Assembly: GCA_963770895.1 (NCBI GenBank)
Contig: CAVYRF010000002.1
Location: forward strand, 2,240,001-2,304,000
Reading direction: 5' to 3'
Origin: an uncultured Acidobacteriota bacterium
GTDB taxonomy: Bacteria; Acidobacteriota; Thermoanaerobaculia; Multivoradales; UBA5704
Length of the DNA: 64,000 nucleotides
Shown here: piece after piece, positions 32,742-44,901 of the stretch
How the letters are laid out: each line of letters starts with the position of its first letter
How positions within the stretch are numbered: position 1 is the first letter of the stretch
Translations under genes and position numbers: made by a program
The notes under the pieces: model-generated
What the model saw: the letters and a program-made list of their open reading frames with translations, nothing else
Databases searched by the model: none
What the model was told of the DNA's origin: nothing

Positions 32742-34196
32742 CTACGAGGCGCCGCGGCCGGATAGCACGGCGGGGATGGTGCGCAGCAGGATCTTCAGGT
32801 CGAGCATGGGCGACCACGAATCGATGTATTCCAGGTCCAGCTGCATCCATTGGTCGAAGTCGATCTGGTTGCGGCCGCTGACCTGCCAGAGGCAGGTGAG
32901 GCCGGGCTTCATCGACAGCCGGCGCCGCTGCCAGCGCTGGTAGCGGGCGACCTCTTCGGGGATGGGCGGGCGCGGGCCGACCAGGCTCATGTCGCCGCGC
33001 AGGACGTTCCAGAACTGCGGCAGCTCGTCGAGGCTGAAGCGGCGCAGGAAGCGCCCCAGGGAGGTGACGCGCGGGTCGCTGCGCAGCTTGAACACCGGAC
33101 CGTTCATCTCGTTGAGGTGCTCCAGCTCGCGGCGGCGCTGCTCGGCGTCTTCGACCATGGTGCGGAACTTGTAAAGGGTGAAGATCCGGCCGTTCAGGCC
33201 GCAGCGCGTCTGGCGGAAGAACACGTCGCCGTGGGACGTGATCTTGATCAGCAGGGCGATCGTCGCCACCACCGGCAGCCCGAGCATCAGCAGCAGCAGC
33301 GACAGCGCCACGTCCAGCAAGCGTTTGGCCATGAGCGGCAGCGGGCTGGTCGGGCCGGTGGCGAACGACAGCAGCGGCATGCCGTCCAGCTCTTCGAGCT
33401 GGGCGCGCGCCTGGGTGTGCGGAAAGAGATTGACCGCGAAGCGCGTGCGAATGCCCTGCTCCTGCAGGCTGAGGTAGAGATCTTCCAGGCGATCGAGGTC
33501 GCGGCGGCTGACGGCGAAGATCACGTCGTCGATGACGTTGCGTTCGATGATGGCCGGCATCTCGGCCAGCTCGCCCAGGATCGGATAGCGGCCGGGCCAC
33601 GGCTGGTCGGGGGGATGGTCGTTGATGACGAACCCCAGGATCCGGTATCCCCAGAAGCGGTGGCCGTGGATCGATTCGGCGATGCGCAGCGCCGCCGGGT
33701 TGGTGCCGACGATGAGCACGGTGCGGTAGTTGAAGCCGCGCGAGCGCAGGTAGCGCGAGCTGATGCGCAGGAAGAGCTTTTCGCACAGCAGCAGGAGCGC
33801 CGAAAAGATCCCGAACAGCAGCACCCACGAACGGCTGATCTGGTCCTTGCCCAGCAGCCGCACGTCGAGGCGAAAAATGTACAAGGCCAGGGTGAAGACG
33901 ATCGAGCCGGCGGTGCAGACGCGCACGATCGCCCAGGCTTCGTCGAGCAGCGGCACCGTGCGGTGCGAGCGGTAGCGTCCCGACGCCAGCAGCAGGGCGC
34001 CCCAGATCGCGAGCGCCAGGGGCAGCAGCGGCAGGTAGACGGACAGCGCGTAGAAAGGCGCGCCGAAGGCCTGCGGCGCCACCCGCGGCAGGATGGCGCT
34101 GCGCAGCGAAAACGCCAGCAGGAAGGCGATTGCGACGAGCGAAAGATCCAGCAGAAAGATCGAAGCCGCCAGGATTCGGGCGCGTTCCTTCAGCAT
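32742..34196 (-). CDS. Polyprenyl-phosphate hexose-1-phosphate transferase (WcaJ/CpsE-like)
   Basis: 4 N-terminal TM, 'KRLLDV', 'YKFRTM', 'DPRVT', 'SLDELPQFWNVLRGDMSLVGPRP', 'KPGLTCLWQVSGR'. Confidence 0.93.
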   Translation of the reverse strand: MLKERARILAASIFLLDLSLVAIAFLLAFSLRSAILPRVAPQAFGAPFYALSVYLPLLPLALAIWGALLLASGRYRSHRTVPLLDEAWAIVRVCTAGSIVFTLALYIFRLDVRLLGKDQISRSWVLLFGIFSALLLLCEKLFLRISSRYLRSRGFNYRTVLIVGTNPAALRIAESIHGHRFWGYRILGFVINDHPPDQPWPGRYPILGELAEMPAIIERNVIDDVIFAVSRRDLDRLEDLYLSLQEQGIRTRFAVNLFPHTQARAQLEELDGMPLLSFATGPTSPLPLMAKRLLDVALSLLLLMLGLPVVATIALLIKITSHGDVFFRQTRCGLNGRIFTLYKFRTMVEDAEQRRRELEHLNEMNGPVFKLRSDPRVTSLGRFLRRFSLDELPQFWNVLRGDMSLVGPRPPIPEEVARYQRWQRRRLSMKPGLTCLWQVSGRNQIDFDQWMQLDLEYIDSWSPMLDLKILLRTIPAVLSGRGAS

Positions 34197-34404
34197 GGAT
34201 TCGGCATCAAGTCCTTTGTGGATCGTCCTTGAAAGAGGCTACGTATTGTAACGCGCGCCGGGCGCCTCACGTCTAGCGGCTTCTTGGAGGGAGGACTTCC
34301 AGGGCTTGCCGCTCAGCAAGGACTGCAATTCCTGTGCTCGCGCCCGGCGGGCGGTTGGTTGGAAACGGGCAGCTGGCGGGGCTGCTGTGGCTGGCTGCTG
34401 GCGG

Positions 34405-35595
34405 CTAGCGGCGGGCGATCAGCGATGCCAGCAGCGCGGCATAGTGATCGGCGACCTGGCCCCAGGAGTAGCGGCGGGCGGCGCGGCGGGCCGCGACGCG
34501 GCCGGCGCGCCAGGCGCGGGTGGGGCGGCTGCGGATGGCCTCCAGGCGCCTGGCCAGGCTGGCGGGCTCGGCGGCGCGGAAGTAGAGGCCCGCGGTGCCG
34601 GCGACTTCGCGGTTTTCGGGGGTGTCGTTGACCACCACGCAGTTACCGTAACCCATCGCTTCCACCAGCGCCGGGTGGGTGCCGCCAACCTCGGTGGCAT
34701 GGATGTACGCCAGGGCGTTGGACAGCAGCTCGCGGTACTCCTCGCCGTAGATGGCGCCGGGGAAGAGGATGCGCGGGTCGGCGCCGCGGGTGAAGCCGGC
34801 GATGAAGTCGCCGGCGTAGGGTGCGCTGCCGACCATCACCAGGGGCAGGTCGCCGCGCACGGCGCGGTAGGCGGCCGCCACCTGGTGGGGGTTGTTTTCG
34901 GGCTCGAAGCGGCTGACGTAGAGGAAGTAGCGCCGCGGCGTGAGCCCCAGGCGGGCAAGGACCCCTTCGGTCGCCGGGGGCCGCGGGTCGACGCCGTAGG
35001 TGATCACCCAGGATTCGGCGCCGTAGCGCGCCAGGTAGTGCTCGCGGATGACCTGGGCGTCGGTGACCAGGGCGTCCGGCCAGACGCAGGCCAGCCGTTC
35101 GGACAGCGCGTAGACGGCGCGGCCGAAGCGCCCCCACTTGCGGCGGCGGCGCTCGATGCCGTCGACGTGCAGCGCGGTCGGGATGCCGGCGGCGGACAGC
35201 AGCGGCAGGAACAGCGCATTGGCGGAGTTGACCACCAGCGCGGCGTCGAAGCCGCGGGCGCCGGCGTGCAGGCAGGACAGCAAGGTGTGGACGGGAGTGT
35301 CCAGGTGCTTGGTGCGCAGCGTCGGCAGCACCACCAGGTCGACGCCGCGGTAGCTTTTCAGGTGCCAGGGCGTCGAGTGCGACCGGCAGTACACCGTCAC
35401 CTGGAAACCGCGTTCCAGGAGCCGCACCGACAGTTCCTCCATCAGGGTTTCGTAACCGCCGTAGCGGCCCGGAATGCCGCGGCTGCCCAGCAGCGCGACG
35501 CGCGGCCGGTGCGGCGGGCTTGCGACGGCCACGGCGGCGTGGGCGGCGCCGTCGGTGAGGGCTTCGCCGAGCCTGCCTGGCGTGCTGCCGCTCAC
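34405..35595 (-). CDS. GT4 glycosyltransferase (DUF1972 type)
   Basis: 'LLGSRGIPGRYGGYET', 'VSRFEPENN', 'EVGGTHPALVEAM'. Confidence 0.9.
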   Translation of the reverse strand: MSGSTPGRLGEALTDGAAHAAVAVASPPHRPRVALLGSRGIPGRYGGYETLMEELSVRLLERGFQVTVYCRSHSTPWHLKSYRGVDLVVLPTLRTKHLDTPVHTLLSCLHAGARGFDAALVVNSANALFLPLLSAAGIPTALHVDGIERRRRKWGRFGRAVYALSERLACVWPDALVTDAQVIREHYLARYGAESWVITYGVDPRPPATEGVLARLGLTPRRYFLYVSRFEPENNPHQVAAAYRAVRGDLPLVMVGSAPYAGDFIAGFTRGADPRILFPGAIYGEEYRELLSNALAYIHATEVGGTHPALVEAMGYGNCVVVNDTPENREVAGTAGLYFRAAEPASLARRLEAIRSRPTRAWRAGRVAARRAARRYSWGQVADHYAALLASLIARR

Positions 35596-36602
35596 AGGGG
35601 AGCTCCGGGGCGGCCGAACCAGGCGTCCAGTTCGGCCGCGGGAAGGGTGCGGCGGCCCTGGATGGAGCGGCGGCGGGCCAGCAGCTCACGGCGATGGCGC
35701 AGCAGCCAGCCGTAGGCGGGCAGCGAGGTGCGTTCGCGCAGCAGCACGTACAGCAGCGCCGCCACGTCGCGGGCGAGCGTCGGCACCAGGGTGCGCGCCA
35801 GGTTGCGGCCGGTCTGGTGGTAGATGCGCAGCAGGTAGCGGTTTTTCAGCGAATGGAGATTGACCGCCGGCGGCATCGCGGCGCGCCGCTCCGGCAGGTT
35901 GAAGCGCCGGTGCTCGGCGAGCGCCGCGGGCTCGTAGAGGATGTCCCAGGCGCGTTCGCGCAGGCGGAAGCAGAGCTCGGCGTCCTCGCGGAAGGAGTGG
36001 AAGCGGGGGTCGAACACCTCGCCGTCGATGGCCGCGTCGTCCAGCGCCGCGCGCCGGAACAGCGACGCGGCGCCGGTCGCCCCGAACACCCGGTCGGCAA
36101 GCGCCCACTGGCCGGTGTCCACTTCGCCGGAACCGCGGTCCAGGTGGCGCCAGGTCGCGGTCAGCCGCATGCCGCATGCGTCCAGGCGCGGCGCCTGGCC
36201 GCCGGCAGCCGGGCGGAGCAGCCTGCCGGTGACCGCCGCGACGCGCAGCGCCGGGTGGGCCTCCATGCGGGCGAGCAGCCGATCCAGGTAGTCGGGGTGC
36301 GGCCGGGCATCGGCGTTCAGGCTGAGGAGGAACGGCGCGCGGGTGGCGGCGATGGCGGCATTCATGCCGGCGGCAAAGCCGATGTTGGTCGCGTGGCCCT
36401 GCGCGACCAAAGGAATACCGGCGGGCGCCGCGCGCCGCGCCACCGCCAGGCTGTCGTCGGCGCTGGCCGAATCGATCACCGCGATCTCGCTGGGCCGGTG
36501 GTTGAGAGCGGCGATCGCCTCCATGCAGCCGGGCAGGTCGGCCGCGGCGTTGTGCGTCACCAGGCACACCGCCACCGCGCGCTCCGGCACCGGCGCGCTC
36601 AC
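35592..36602 (-). CDS. GT2 glycosyltransferase
   Basis: 'VTHN', 'DSASADDS', 'NIGFAAGMN', 'LNAD', 'FHSFREDAELCFR'; GTGA couplings. Confidence 0.9.
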   Translation of the reverse strand: MSAPVPERAVAVCLVTHNAAADLPGCMEAIAALNHRPSEIAVIDSASADDSLAVARRAAPAGIPLVAQGHATNIGFAAGMNAAIAATRAPFLLSLNADARPHPDYLDRLLARMEAHPALRVAAVTGRLLRPAAGGQAPRLDACGMRLTATWRHLDRGSGEVDTGQWALADRVFGATGAASLFRRAALDDAAIDGEVFDPRFHSFREDAELCFRLRERAWDILYEPAALAEHRRFNLPERRAAMPPAVNLHSLKNRYLLRIYHQTGRNLARTLVPTLARDVAALLYVLLRERTSLPAYGWLLRHRRELLARRRSIQGRRTLPAAELDAWFGRPGAPL

Positions 36603-37735
36603 CGATTTCTCCTTGACGCTGCCGGCCGGACAGGTTCTGGCTGAGCGGTTGGTATGGCAGAGGGGCTTGCTGGAAGAGAGGGGCTGGTCGGGAGCGTCGG
36701 GCTGACCAGCGCGGCCAGGTGGCGAGGGCGCCGCCAGGCGGTGAGCGCTCCGGCGAGGGCCAGCAAGAGGCCGGCTACGGCGTCGCGCCGCGAAGTGGCG
36801 CGGCGCGGGCAGCGTACCGCGACGAGCGGCAGGCGCAGGGTCAGGCCGGCGGCGAGCGTGCCGCGCGCGGCCAGGGCCCAGGCGGCGCCGTGATGCTTGC
36901 GCAGGTAGCGATCGAGGTTGCGGTAGTAGATCCACAGGAAGGGACCGTAGCCCAGCCTGGCGACGGTGCCGCCCAAGCCGTGGCGAAAGCGCGCCGCCGG
37001 CCAGTAGAGCAGGGTCGCGCCGCGCTGGCGCAGGCGCCGCGCCAGGTCCACGTCTTCGAACCACGCGGGATGGAAGCGTTGGTCCATGCCGCCGGCCGCG
37101 AGCAGCTCGGCGCGGCGCAGGCCGAGCGCCGCCGCCGCCGGCTGCTCGACCGGCGCGCCGGCCGGGGGCTCGGCGGCGAGGCCGGCGGTCGGGCCGAGCC
37201 AGGGCAAGGTCTGCATCAGGCAGCCGAACGCGGTGGGGATGCGGCGCAGCTGCCAGCGGAATTGCGCTTCGCCGTGTGGTCCGCACAGGCCGGGCGCCAG
37301 GCCGGCCGCTTCCGGATGGGCGGCAAATCCTTCGATCAGGTGATCGAGCGCCGCCGGTTCGGGCAGCACGTCGGGATTGAGCAGCAGCACCAGCGGCGCC
37401 CGCGCCGCCGTCGCGCCGGCGTTCACGCCGCCCGCAAAGCCCAGATTGCGGCCGGGCCGCAGCCAGCGCACGCGGGAACTGGCCCCGAGGGGTGCGGTGC
37501 CGGCGGGGCCGCTGTTGTCCACCACGATCAGCTCGAAACGGGGGTCGTCGGCCGGCCAGGCGGCGATCAGCTCGGCCAGCTGCGGCTCGTTGCGCCAATG
37601 CACCACGACGCCGGTCAGCGCCGGCTGAACCGGCTGCGTGCCGTCGTCCAGCGGGATGCCTTCGCCGGGAGTGCCGGCGTCGACGGCGCCGGCAGCCGGC
37701 GGCGGCGAATCGGCTGGGGTGGGTGGTGCGGGCAT
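36599..37735 (-). CDS. GT2 glycosyltransferase (WbbL/rhamnosyltransferase-like)
   Basis: 'VVDNS', 'NLGFAGGVN', 'LLNPD', 'GGMDQRFHPAWFEDVDLARRL'. Confidence 0.9.
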   Translation of the reverse strand: MPAPPTPADSPPPAAGAVDAGTPGEGIPLDDGTQPVQPALTGVVVHWRNEPQLAELIAAWPADDPRFELIVVDNSGPAGTAPLGASSRVRWLRPGRNLGFAGGVNAGATAARAPLVLLLNPDVLPEPAALDHLIEGFAAHPEAAGLAPGLCGPHGEAQFRWQLRRIPTAFGCLMQTLPWLGPTAGLAAEPPAGAPVEQPAAAALGLRRAELLAAGGMDQRFHPAWFEDVDLARRLRQRGATLLYWPAARFRHGLGGTVARLGYGPFLWIYYRNLDRYLRKHHGAAWALAARGTLAAGLTLRLPLVAVRCPRRATSRRDAVAGLLLALAGALTAWRRPRHLAALVSPTLPTSPSLPASPSAIPTAQPEPVRPAASRRNR

Positions 37736-37748
37736 GGGCGGGCCAAGG

Positions 37749-38795
37749 TTATCCCGATTGGCCGCGCCACCGGCTGAGGCGGGCAATTTCGGCGGCGGGA
37801 AGCGCCGCGCGCCCGAGGTGAGTAAAGCCAGGCAGCAGCCACAGCGCCCGCCGCCAGCCCGCCGTCATCCCGGCAAGCCGCTCCCAGTCGACGCCGGCGT
37901 CAAGTTCGGGGTGCCGCGGGTCGTGACGGGTAACGGTGCGCTTGGGCCACAGGAGGCCGCGGAGGTCGAGCAGGTCGCGTGCGACCAGGATGGGCAGGCG
38001 GAGCCAGAAGCCGCGGCCCAGCAGGCGGGCGGCGGCCAGGTAGCGGTTGCCATAGATGAGGCGCCAGCGCTCGCGGCCGATGGTGCGGCCGGACGTCGAA
38101 CCGGCGTGCAACGCCAGGGCCGCCGGCGCCAGCTGGGCGCGAAAGCCGGCGGCGCGCAGGCGGCCGGCAAGCTCGGCGTCCTCGTAGTAGGAGACCAGGC
38201 GCGGCTCGAAAAACCTGCCGTCCGGCGCCACCCGCTCCAGGGCGGTGCGGCGAAACAGTGCGGCGGTGGCCGAAACGCCGAAGATCTCGATGGCGGCCGG
38301 CGTCGGCGCTGGCCGCAGCGGGCCGGCGGCTTCGCCGTGGCGCAGCTGGATTGCCTGCCACCATGGGTTCCAGCCCAGGCCGCAGCCGTCGACGCGCGCG
38401 GCGGACGTTGCGCTGTCCGTGTGGCCGGCCGGCACGGGCATGAGGAGGTTGGTGCCTTGCGCGGCGGCGGTGGCGGGATCGGCTGCGAGCGTTGCGGCCA
38501 GGGTGGACAGCCAGTCTGGCGCGACGATGGCGTCGTCGTTGACGGTGGCGAGCAGGGTGCCGCGGGCGGCGGCCAGGCCCAGGTTGGTGCCTGCGGCGAA
38601 GCCCAGGTTGCGGCCGGGGCGCAGGATGCGATCGGCGAGGCCGGCGGGGAGGTCGATGGGGGTGGGCGACTGATCCACCACGATGATCTCCAGCGATTGC
38701 AGGCCCTGCTGGTGGCGCAAGGCGGTCAGGCAGTCGGCGAGCCAGGGGCTGCGGCCCAAGGTGGGGACGACGGCGGTGACCAGCGGCGGGCTCAT
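37749..38795 (-). CDS. GT2 glycosyltransferase
   Basis: Start MSPPLVTAVVPT; 'NLGFAAGTN', 'VNDD', 'YYEDAELAGRL'; ATGA coupling. Confidence 0.88.
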   Translation of the reverse strand: MSPPLVTAVVPTLGRSPWLADCLTALRHQQGLQSLEIIVVDQSPTPIDLPAGLADRILRPGRNLGFAAGTNLGLAAARGTLLATVNDDAIVAPDWLSTLAATLAADPATAAAQGTNLLMPVPAGHTDSATSAARVDGCGLGWNPWWQAIQLRHGEAAGPLRPAPTPAAIEIFGVSATAALFRRTALERVAPDGRFFEPRLVSYYEDAELAGRLRAAGFRAQLAPAALALHAGSTSGRTIGRERWRLIYGNRYLAAARLLGRGFWLRLPILVARDLLDLRGLLWPKRTVTRHDPRHPELDAGVDWERLAGMTAGWRRALWLLPGFTHLGRAALPAAEIARLSRWRGQSG

Positions 38796-41173
38796 TGCCA
38801 GGTCAGATCGATGCGGTCCAGCACGGCGCCGTTGAGCGGTCCCGGCGGCGACGGGCCGTGGGCGGTGAGGACCAGGGGCGGGTCTCCGGGGGGCCAGTCG
38901 AAAGGACCGAGGTCGACGGCCTGCCAGGCGCGCTCGCGGGCGGGGGTCCACACGGCCAGGAGGCGGTCGCCGGCGGCGATGTCGACGGCGAAGGGCGCCG
39001 GCTGGTTGCGGATCAGCTCGGCCGTGAGGGTCAGCCGCACCTGGCGGCCGCCGGGCACGACCGGCGCCCGCACCTGGTCTGCCACCCGCAGCACCCAGCC
39101 GCCGCGGTAGAGCGTGCGTTCGATGACCCAGCGATCGGGATGGAGATGGCCGCCGAGCTTGACCACCTGGGGGTCTTCCATCTCGATCACCCGCGTCGGC
39201 AGGTGGGTGGCGGCGATGGGCACCGCCGCCGCCGCCGCCGCCGCCACGGCGATGCCGGCGAGGCCGGCCGCGGCCAGCAGCCAGGGGCGCCATCGCCGTG
39301 GCGTCGGCAGCCACCAGGCGCCCAGCACGACGGCGAGCGACAGCGGCGGCCACAGGGCAGTGGCCAGGCGCGGGCGCACGGCGCTGGGGAACAGGCGGGC
39401 CACGTCGGCGCCCAGGCGGCTGGTCAACTGGTCCATCACGTAGGTGCGGCCGTCGGCGAAGTTGTAGGTCCAGCCGGGCACCACCAGCCAGATCACCGCC
39501 AGGGCAAGGGTCAGCGCTCCCAGCCCGGCGAGCAGCGCGCGGGCTCCCGGCCGGCGCCGCGCGGCCAGCAGGGGCGGCAGCGAGAGCGCCAGCAGCGGCA
39601 GGGCGATCAGCGCATAGCGAAACGGCGGCGACCAGCCGCCGTACCACTCGCCGCGCGGGGTGACGATCAGCAGGTAGGGCGCCATCAGGACGGCCAGGTG
39701 GGCGGGCAGCGCCGCCCGGCGAGCGATGAGCAGCGCCATCGCCGGCAGCACCAGGAGCCAGATCGGCGCCACGCCGAACAGGCCGAAGGCGCCGTCCCAG
39801 AACAGGCCGCCGCCGCCCTCCAGGTAGTCCAGGAGGGAATGGTCCTGCGGGTCGATCTCCTGCCAGCTGTGGATCTTGAGCGGATTCGCGTAGGCGTGCT
39901 GGTTGTACAGCAGAATGCCGCCCGAAAGCGCCAGCAGCAGCGCTCCGAGCGCCAGCGCCCGCCGCCGCCCGCCGCCCTGCCGCAGCGCCAGCCAGCCCGC
40001 CAGTGCCACCAGCGGCGCGGCGATCAGGATGAACCGGATCTTGAGCAGGGGCAGCAGCAGCACCGGAGCCCACACGGCCAGAAAGGCCGGCGCACGGTGC
40101 CAGCTGGATGGATTCTCCGGCGACGATGGAGCTGTTGCCGGCTCCGCGGCCGCGGCGCCGCCGGCCAGGATGGCGTCGAGGGCGATCACGACCAGCAGCG
40201 CCGCCGGCACTTCCACCCAGATCTGGTACGAGTAGAAGAGCATCGGCGGCGCCAGCGCCAGCCATGCCCAGGTCACCAGGGTCTCGCCGGGGCGCTCGGC
40301 GACGTAGTGGCGGGCGAGCCGCAGGGTCCACCAGGCGAGCGCGGCGGTCAGCAACGCCATCATGAGTTGGGCGCCGGTCCTGCCGGCCAGCCGATAGGCG
40401 GGCACCAGCGCCAGCGGCAGCAGGGCGTCGTGGCGCGAATACAGCTCGCCGTGCGGCCCGACCGGGTCTCCCGGCTGGGGCGCGATGGGGCGGTTGATGA
40501 AAAACCGCCAATCGCCGGCCGCATAGTTGTTCCTGAGATCGGTGTCGCCGTCGTAGGCCAGGCTGTGGGTCAGCAGCAGGTTGTAGGGCTCGTCGCCGTC
40601 CGGCTGGCGATGCCCGGCTGACCAGGGCAGGATGGCGACGTAGGCGACCAGCGGCAGCCAGAAAAAGATGGCGGAAGGCCGCGCGCCCAGGCGCCAGCCG
40701 AGCAGCGGCCGCAGCGCCGCGACCTGCCGCGCCAATCGATGCACCAGCACCAGCAGCAGGCAGGCCGCCAGCACGTCGTCGGCGTGCGCCAGGCCCAGCG
40801 CCGGCCGCGCCGCCGCCGCCGCCAGCAGCACCCCCAGGGCGATCAGCTCGGCCGCGCTGCCGCCGACCGCCAGCCGGCGCCCCCCCTGCCGCACCGCCAG
40901 GCGGTGCAGGGCGTAGAACGCCGCCAGCAGCAGGGGGAGCAGGCGCAGCGTGGCGGCCAGCGCGTCGCCCCGTTGCAGGCCGTGCGCCACCGCCGCGCTC
41001 GCCAGGCCGACCAACGCGCCAAGCCAGGCGAGCCCGGCGCCGTTCGCGCCGGCGCCGCCCACGGCGGCATGACCGCCATTGCCGCGCGCGGTCAGGGCCA
41101 TGCCTCCCGGCGGGTGCTCACCGCCTGGCCCCTGCGCGGTGTGCGCCCCGGCCGCGCCGCCCGCGCTCGCCAT
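38792..41173 (-). CDS. Polytopic membrane protein, GT-C-type glycosyltransferase-like
   Basis: More than 12 TM; acidic loop 'PDGDEPYNLLLTHSLAYDGDTDLRNNY'; 'WYGGWSPPFRY'; alternative start 41101. Confidence 0.7.
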   Translation of the reverse strand: MASAGGAAGAHTAQGPGGEHPPGGMALTARGNGGHAAVGGAGANGAGLAWLGALVGLASAAVAHGLQRGDALAATLRLLPLLLAAFYALHRLAVRQGGRRLAVGGSAAELIALGVLLAAAAARPALGLAHADDVLAACLLLVLVHRLARQVAALRPLLGWRLGARPSAIFFWLPLVAYVAILPWSAGHRQPDGDEPYNLLLTHSLAYDGDTDLRNNYAAGDWRFFINRPIAPQPGDPVGPHGELYSRHDALLPLALVPAYRLAGRTGAQLMMALLTAALAWWTLRLARHYVAERPGETLVTWAWLALAPPMLFYSYQIWVEVPAALLVVIALDAILAGGAAAAEPATAPSSPENPSSWHRAPAFLAVWAPVLLLPLLKIRFILIAAPLVALAGWLALRQGGGRRRALALGALLLALSGGILLYNQHAYANPLKIHSWQEIDPQDHSLLDYLEGGGGLFWDGAFGLFGVAPIWLLVLPAMALLIARRAALPAHLAVLMAPYLLIVTPRGEWYGGWSPPFRYALIALPLLALSLPPLLAARRRPGARALLAGLGALTLALAVIWLVVPGWTYNFADGRTYVMDQLTSRLGADVARLFPSAVRPRLATALWPPLSLAVVLGAWWLPTPRRWRPWLLAAAGLAGIAVAAAAAAAVPIAATHLPTRVIEMEDPQVVKLGGHLHPDRWVIERTLYRGGWVLRVADQVRAPVVPGGRQVRLTLTAELIRNQPAPFAVDIAAGDRLLAVWTPARERAWQAVDLGPFDWPPGDPPLVLTAHGPSPPGPLNGAVLDRIDLTWQ

Positions 41174-41225
41174 GGCAAGCAGCGCCAGGGCCGCGGCGCG
41201 GTCGCGGTCCTGCCTGGTCCGGCGT

Positions 41226-43310
41226 TCACGGCGCCACCTCCACCTGGTGCAGCGCCAGGGCGGTGCCGGCGGGGAGGCCCGCGGCCAGGTCGATGCGGAT
41301 GCGGGCGAAGCTGTCGGGGTGCGGCAGGAGCAGGCGGCAGCGGTAGCGTTGGCCCAGGAAGGGGCCGGCGACCCACGACACCCAGGGCGCCGGCGAGTGC
41401 AGGCGGGCGGCGGCCGCGACGTCGGGGCGCCGCGCCGACCATTCGCCGGTGTCGCGGCCGGCGCGCAGCTCCAGGTCCTGCGTGGCGCCGGTGGCGAGCA
41501 GCTGAACGTGCGCCACGAGCGTGCCGTCGGCCAGGCCGGCGGCGTTGATCAGGTCGCTCTGCACCGCCAGGATGGCCGTGCGCCGCGGGCTGATCTCCGC
41601 GATCCACGAGGGATGGGCGCGATCGAGCAGCACCGTCTCGCCGGCGGCAAGCAGGCTCAGCCTGGGGTGGGTCAGGCTCGGCAGCAGGAGCGCCGCCAGC
41701 AGGGTTGCCGCGGTCGCCGTGGCGGCCATGCGTGCCTGCCGCGCCGCGGGCCGCCGCCGTCCCAGCGCCAGGGCTCCGCCCAGCAGCAGTGCGGCGCCGG
41801 CAAGGGCAATCGCCGAGCGCGGGCCGGCGGTGGCGCCGAAGAGGCCCAGAGCGTCCGCCAGCGGATCGCGGCGCAGCCAGGGATATGCGGCGAGCAGCGC
41901 GGTGGCGCCCAGCAGGGCTGCGCTCCACGCCGCGGCGATTCCCGCCGCGACGCCGGTCGCGGGCAGCGCCAGCGCCGCCAGCGCGATCGGCGCCGCCAGC
42001 ACGGACCGGTCGGGTAGCCAGGGGGTCGCGAATGCGACCAGCAGGGCGGCGGCCAGGCGCCATCGCCGCCAGGCCCCGGCGCTGGCGGCCGCCCTCTGGG
42101 CCGACCCGCGAGCGCCGTCGCCGCCGCCGGCGGGATCCGGATGTTCGCCGGTGCCCCATCCGCAGGCGACGATTGCCGCCGCGGGCACCAGGAGCAGCAG
42201 CCACGCCGCGCTCGACGCGCCTTCGCGCCAGGAGGCATGGGCCGCCAGCGCTCCCGGCAGCGGACCGAAGCGGCTGAGGAGGGCAAGCGGCACCGCGGCG
42301 CCGAGCGCGATCGCAGGGCGCGCCAGCGCCAGGGCGGCGAGCGCCGCCGCCCACCCCGAGCGCGGCTGCCAGACCACCGGCAGCAGCAGGGCGGCGACCG
42401 CGGCGCCGGAGCGCAAGATCGCGCCACCGGGCCGCCCACGGTCGCCGAACCCGGTCAGCCTGCCGCCGCCACCGGATGCGGTTCGCTCGCTGCGGCTGCC
42501 GGATGCGGCCAGCTGGCCGCCGGGGCCAGGTGCCGCCAGCTCACTGCCGCCAGCAGGAGCGGCCAGCTGGCTGCCGCCGGCGAGCGCGATCAGGGCAAGG
42601 GTGGTCGCCACCGTCCAGCCGGGGGCGAGCGCGGCGGCCGCGGCGCCGGCAGCCAGGGCGGGCAGCGCGCCGTAACGCCGCCACAACAGGGCCAGCGCCG
42701 CGCCGGCGGCGAGCGGCAAGGCAACCAGCGCCGCCCAGGGCCGCGCACCGGCCACGCCCGTTGCGCCCGCCGCGCCGATCGCGAGCAGCAGCTCGCCGCG
42801 CAACAAAACCTGGCAGCCCAGACACAGCGCGCATGCCGCAACCAGGTGGCCTTGCCACCCGCGCGCCGCGCCTGCCCTTTCCGGCACGACCGGCACCACG
42901 GCCGAGTCCGTCCCCCGCTCTTCCCACCGCCGCCGGCGATCCGTGGCCGCGATCAGGCGTCGCGCGGCGGTCAGGGCCAGGCAGGCGGTCAGCACCAGGA
43001 CCACGGCCGCGCCGCGCAGCGGACCAGCCGGCAGAGCCCAGGCAGCGGTGACGGCGAGCGTCGCCCCCAGCCCCAGCTCGGCATCCGCAGAAGCCGCCAG
43101 CGCGCCCCCAGGTCTGCGCCCACCGCCGGTGCCCGCCGGCGCCAGGACCGCGACAGCCAGCAGGATCCCGGCCGTCAGGCGCGCCAGGTACAGACCCTCG
43201 GCGGCAGCGGCGGGATCGGTTTCGTGGACAGCGAAGGCAGCGATGGCGGCCGGCGCGGCGGCGGCGACCGCCGCCCTGGACAGCCAGCGTTGAATGGAAG
43301 GGGATCGCAC
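41226..43310 (-). CDS. Large Ala/Leu-rich membrane protein with soluble C-terminal domain
   Basis: 694-aa ORF, many hydrophobic helices, C-terminal '[12 protein letters not shown]' beta-rich domain; first gene of the glycosylation cluster. Confidence 0.65.
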   Translation of the reverse strand: MRSPSIQRWLSRAAVAAAAPAAIAAFAVHETDPAAAAEGLYLARLTAGILLAVAVLAPAGTGGGRRPGGALAASADAELGLGATLAVTAAWALPAGPLRGAAVVLVLTACLALTAARRLIAATDRRRRWEERGTDSAVVPVVPERAGAARGWQGHLVAACALCLGCQVLLRGELLLAIGAAGATGVAGARPWAALVALPLAAGAALALLWRRYGALPALAAGAAAAALAPGWTVATTLALIALAGGSQLAAPAGGSELAAPGPGGQLAASGSRSERTASGGGGRLTGFGDRGRPGGAILRSGAAVAALLLPVVWQPRSGWAAALAALALARPAIALGAAVPLALLSRFGPLPGALAAHASWREGASSAAWLLLLVPAAAIVACGWGTGEHPDPAGGGDGARGSAQRAAASAGAWRRWRLAAALLVAFATPWLPDRSVLAAPIALAALALPATGVAAGIAAAWSAALLGATALLAAYPWLRRDPLADALGLFGATAGPRSAIALAGAALLLGGALALGRRRPAARQARMAATATAATLLAALLLPSLTHPRLSLLAAGETVLLDRAHPSWIAEISPRRTAILAVQSDLINAAGLADGTLVAHVQLLATGATQDLELRAGRDTGEWSARRPDVAAAARLHSPAPWVSWVAGPFLGQRYRCRLLLPHPDSFARIRIDLAAGLPAGTALALHQVEVAP

Positions 43311-43397
43311 GCGGCGCAGCGCCAGCCTGGTTGGACGACGTCGAGGTGCTGAGAGTGTAGACGCCCGCTCCCATGGGCCGCAACTGCGCCGGGCTCA

Positions 43398-43443
43398 GGC
43401 GGCTGGGGCGGCTGGGGCGGCTCGGGCGGCCGGGGGGGCCGGG
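43398..43443 (+). repeat. 9-bp G-rich tandem repeat (GGCGGCTGG-like x4) plus G-runs
   Basis: ggcggctgg ggcggctgg ggcggctcg ggcggccgg ggggg. Confidence 0.75.
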
Positions 43444-43500
43444 TTGCCGCGGCCGGCCGGGTTTCGCGCCGGGGCTTTGGGCGGGGTAGACTTCCCGGCC

Positions 43501-44881
<1,381 letters not shown>

Positions 44882-44901
44882 TGTTTTCTGCCGCCGGGCC
44901 G

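Noticed and set aside
43311-43500. T-box riboswitch upstream of serS
   Set aside because: No AAGGTGGCACC-like T-box motif or U-tailed terminator visible.
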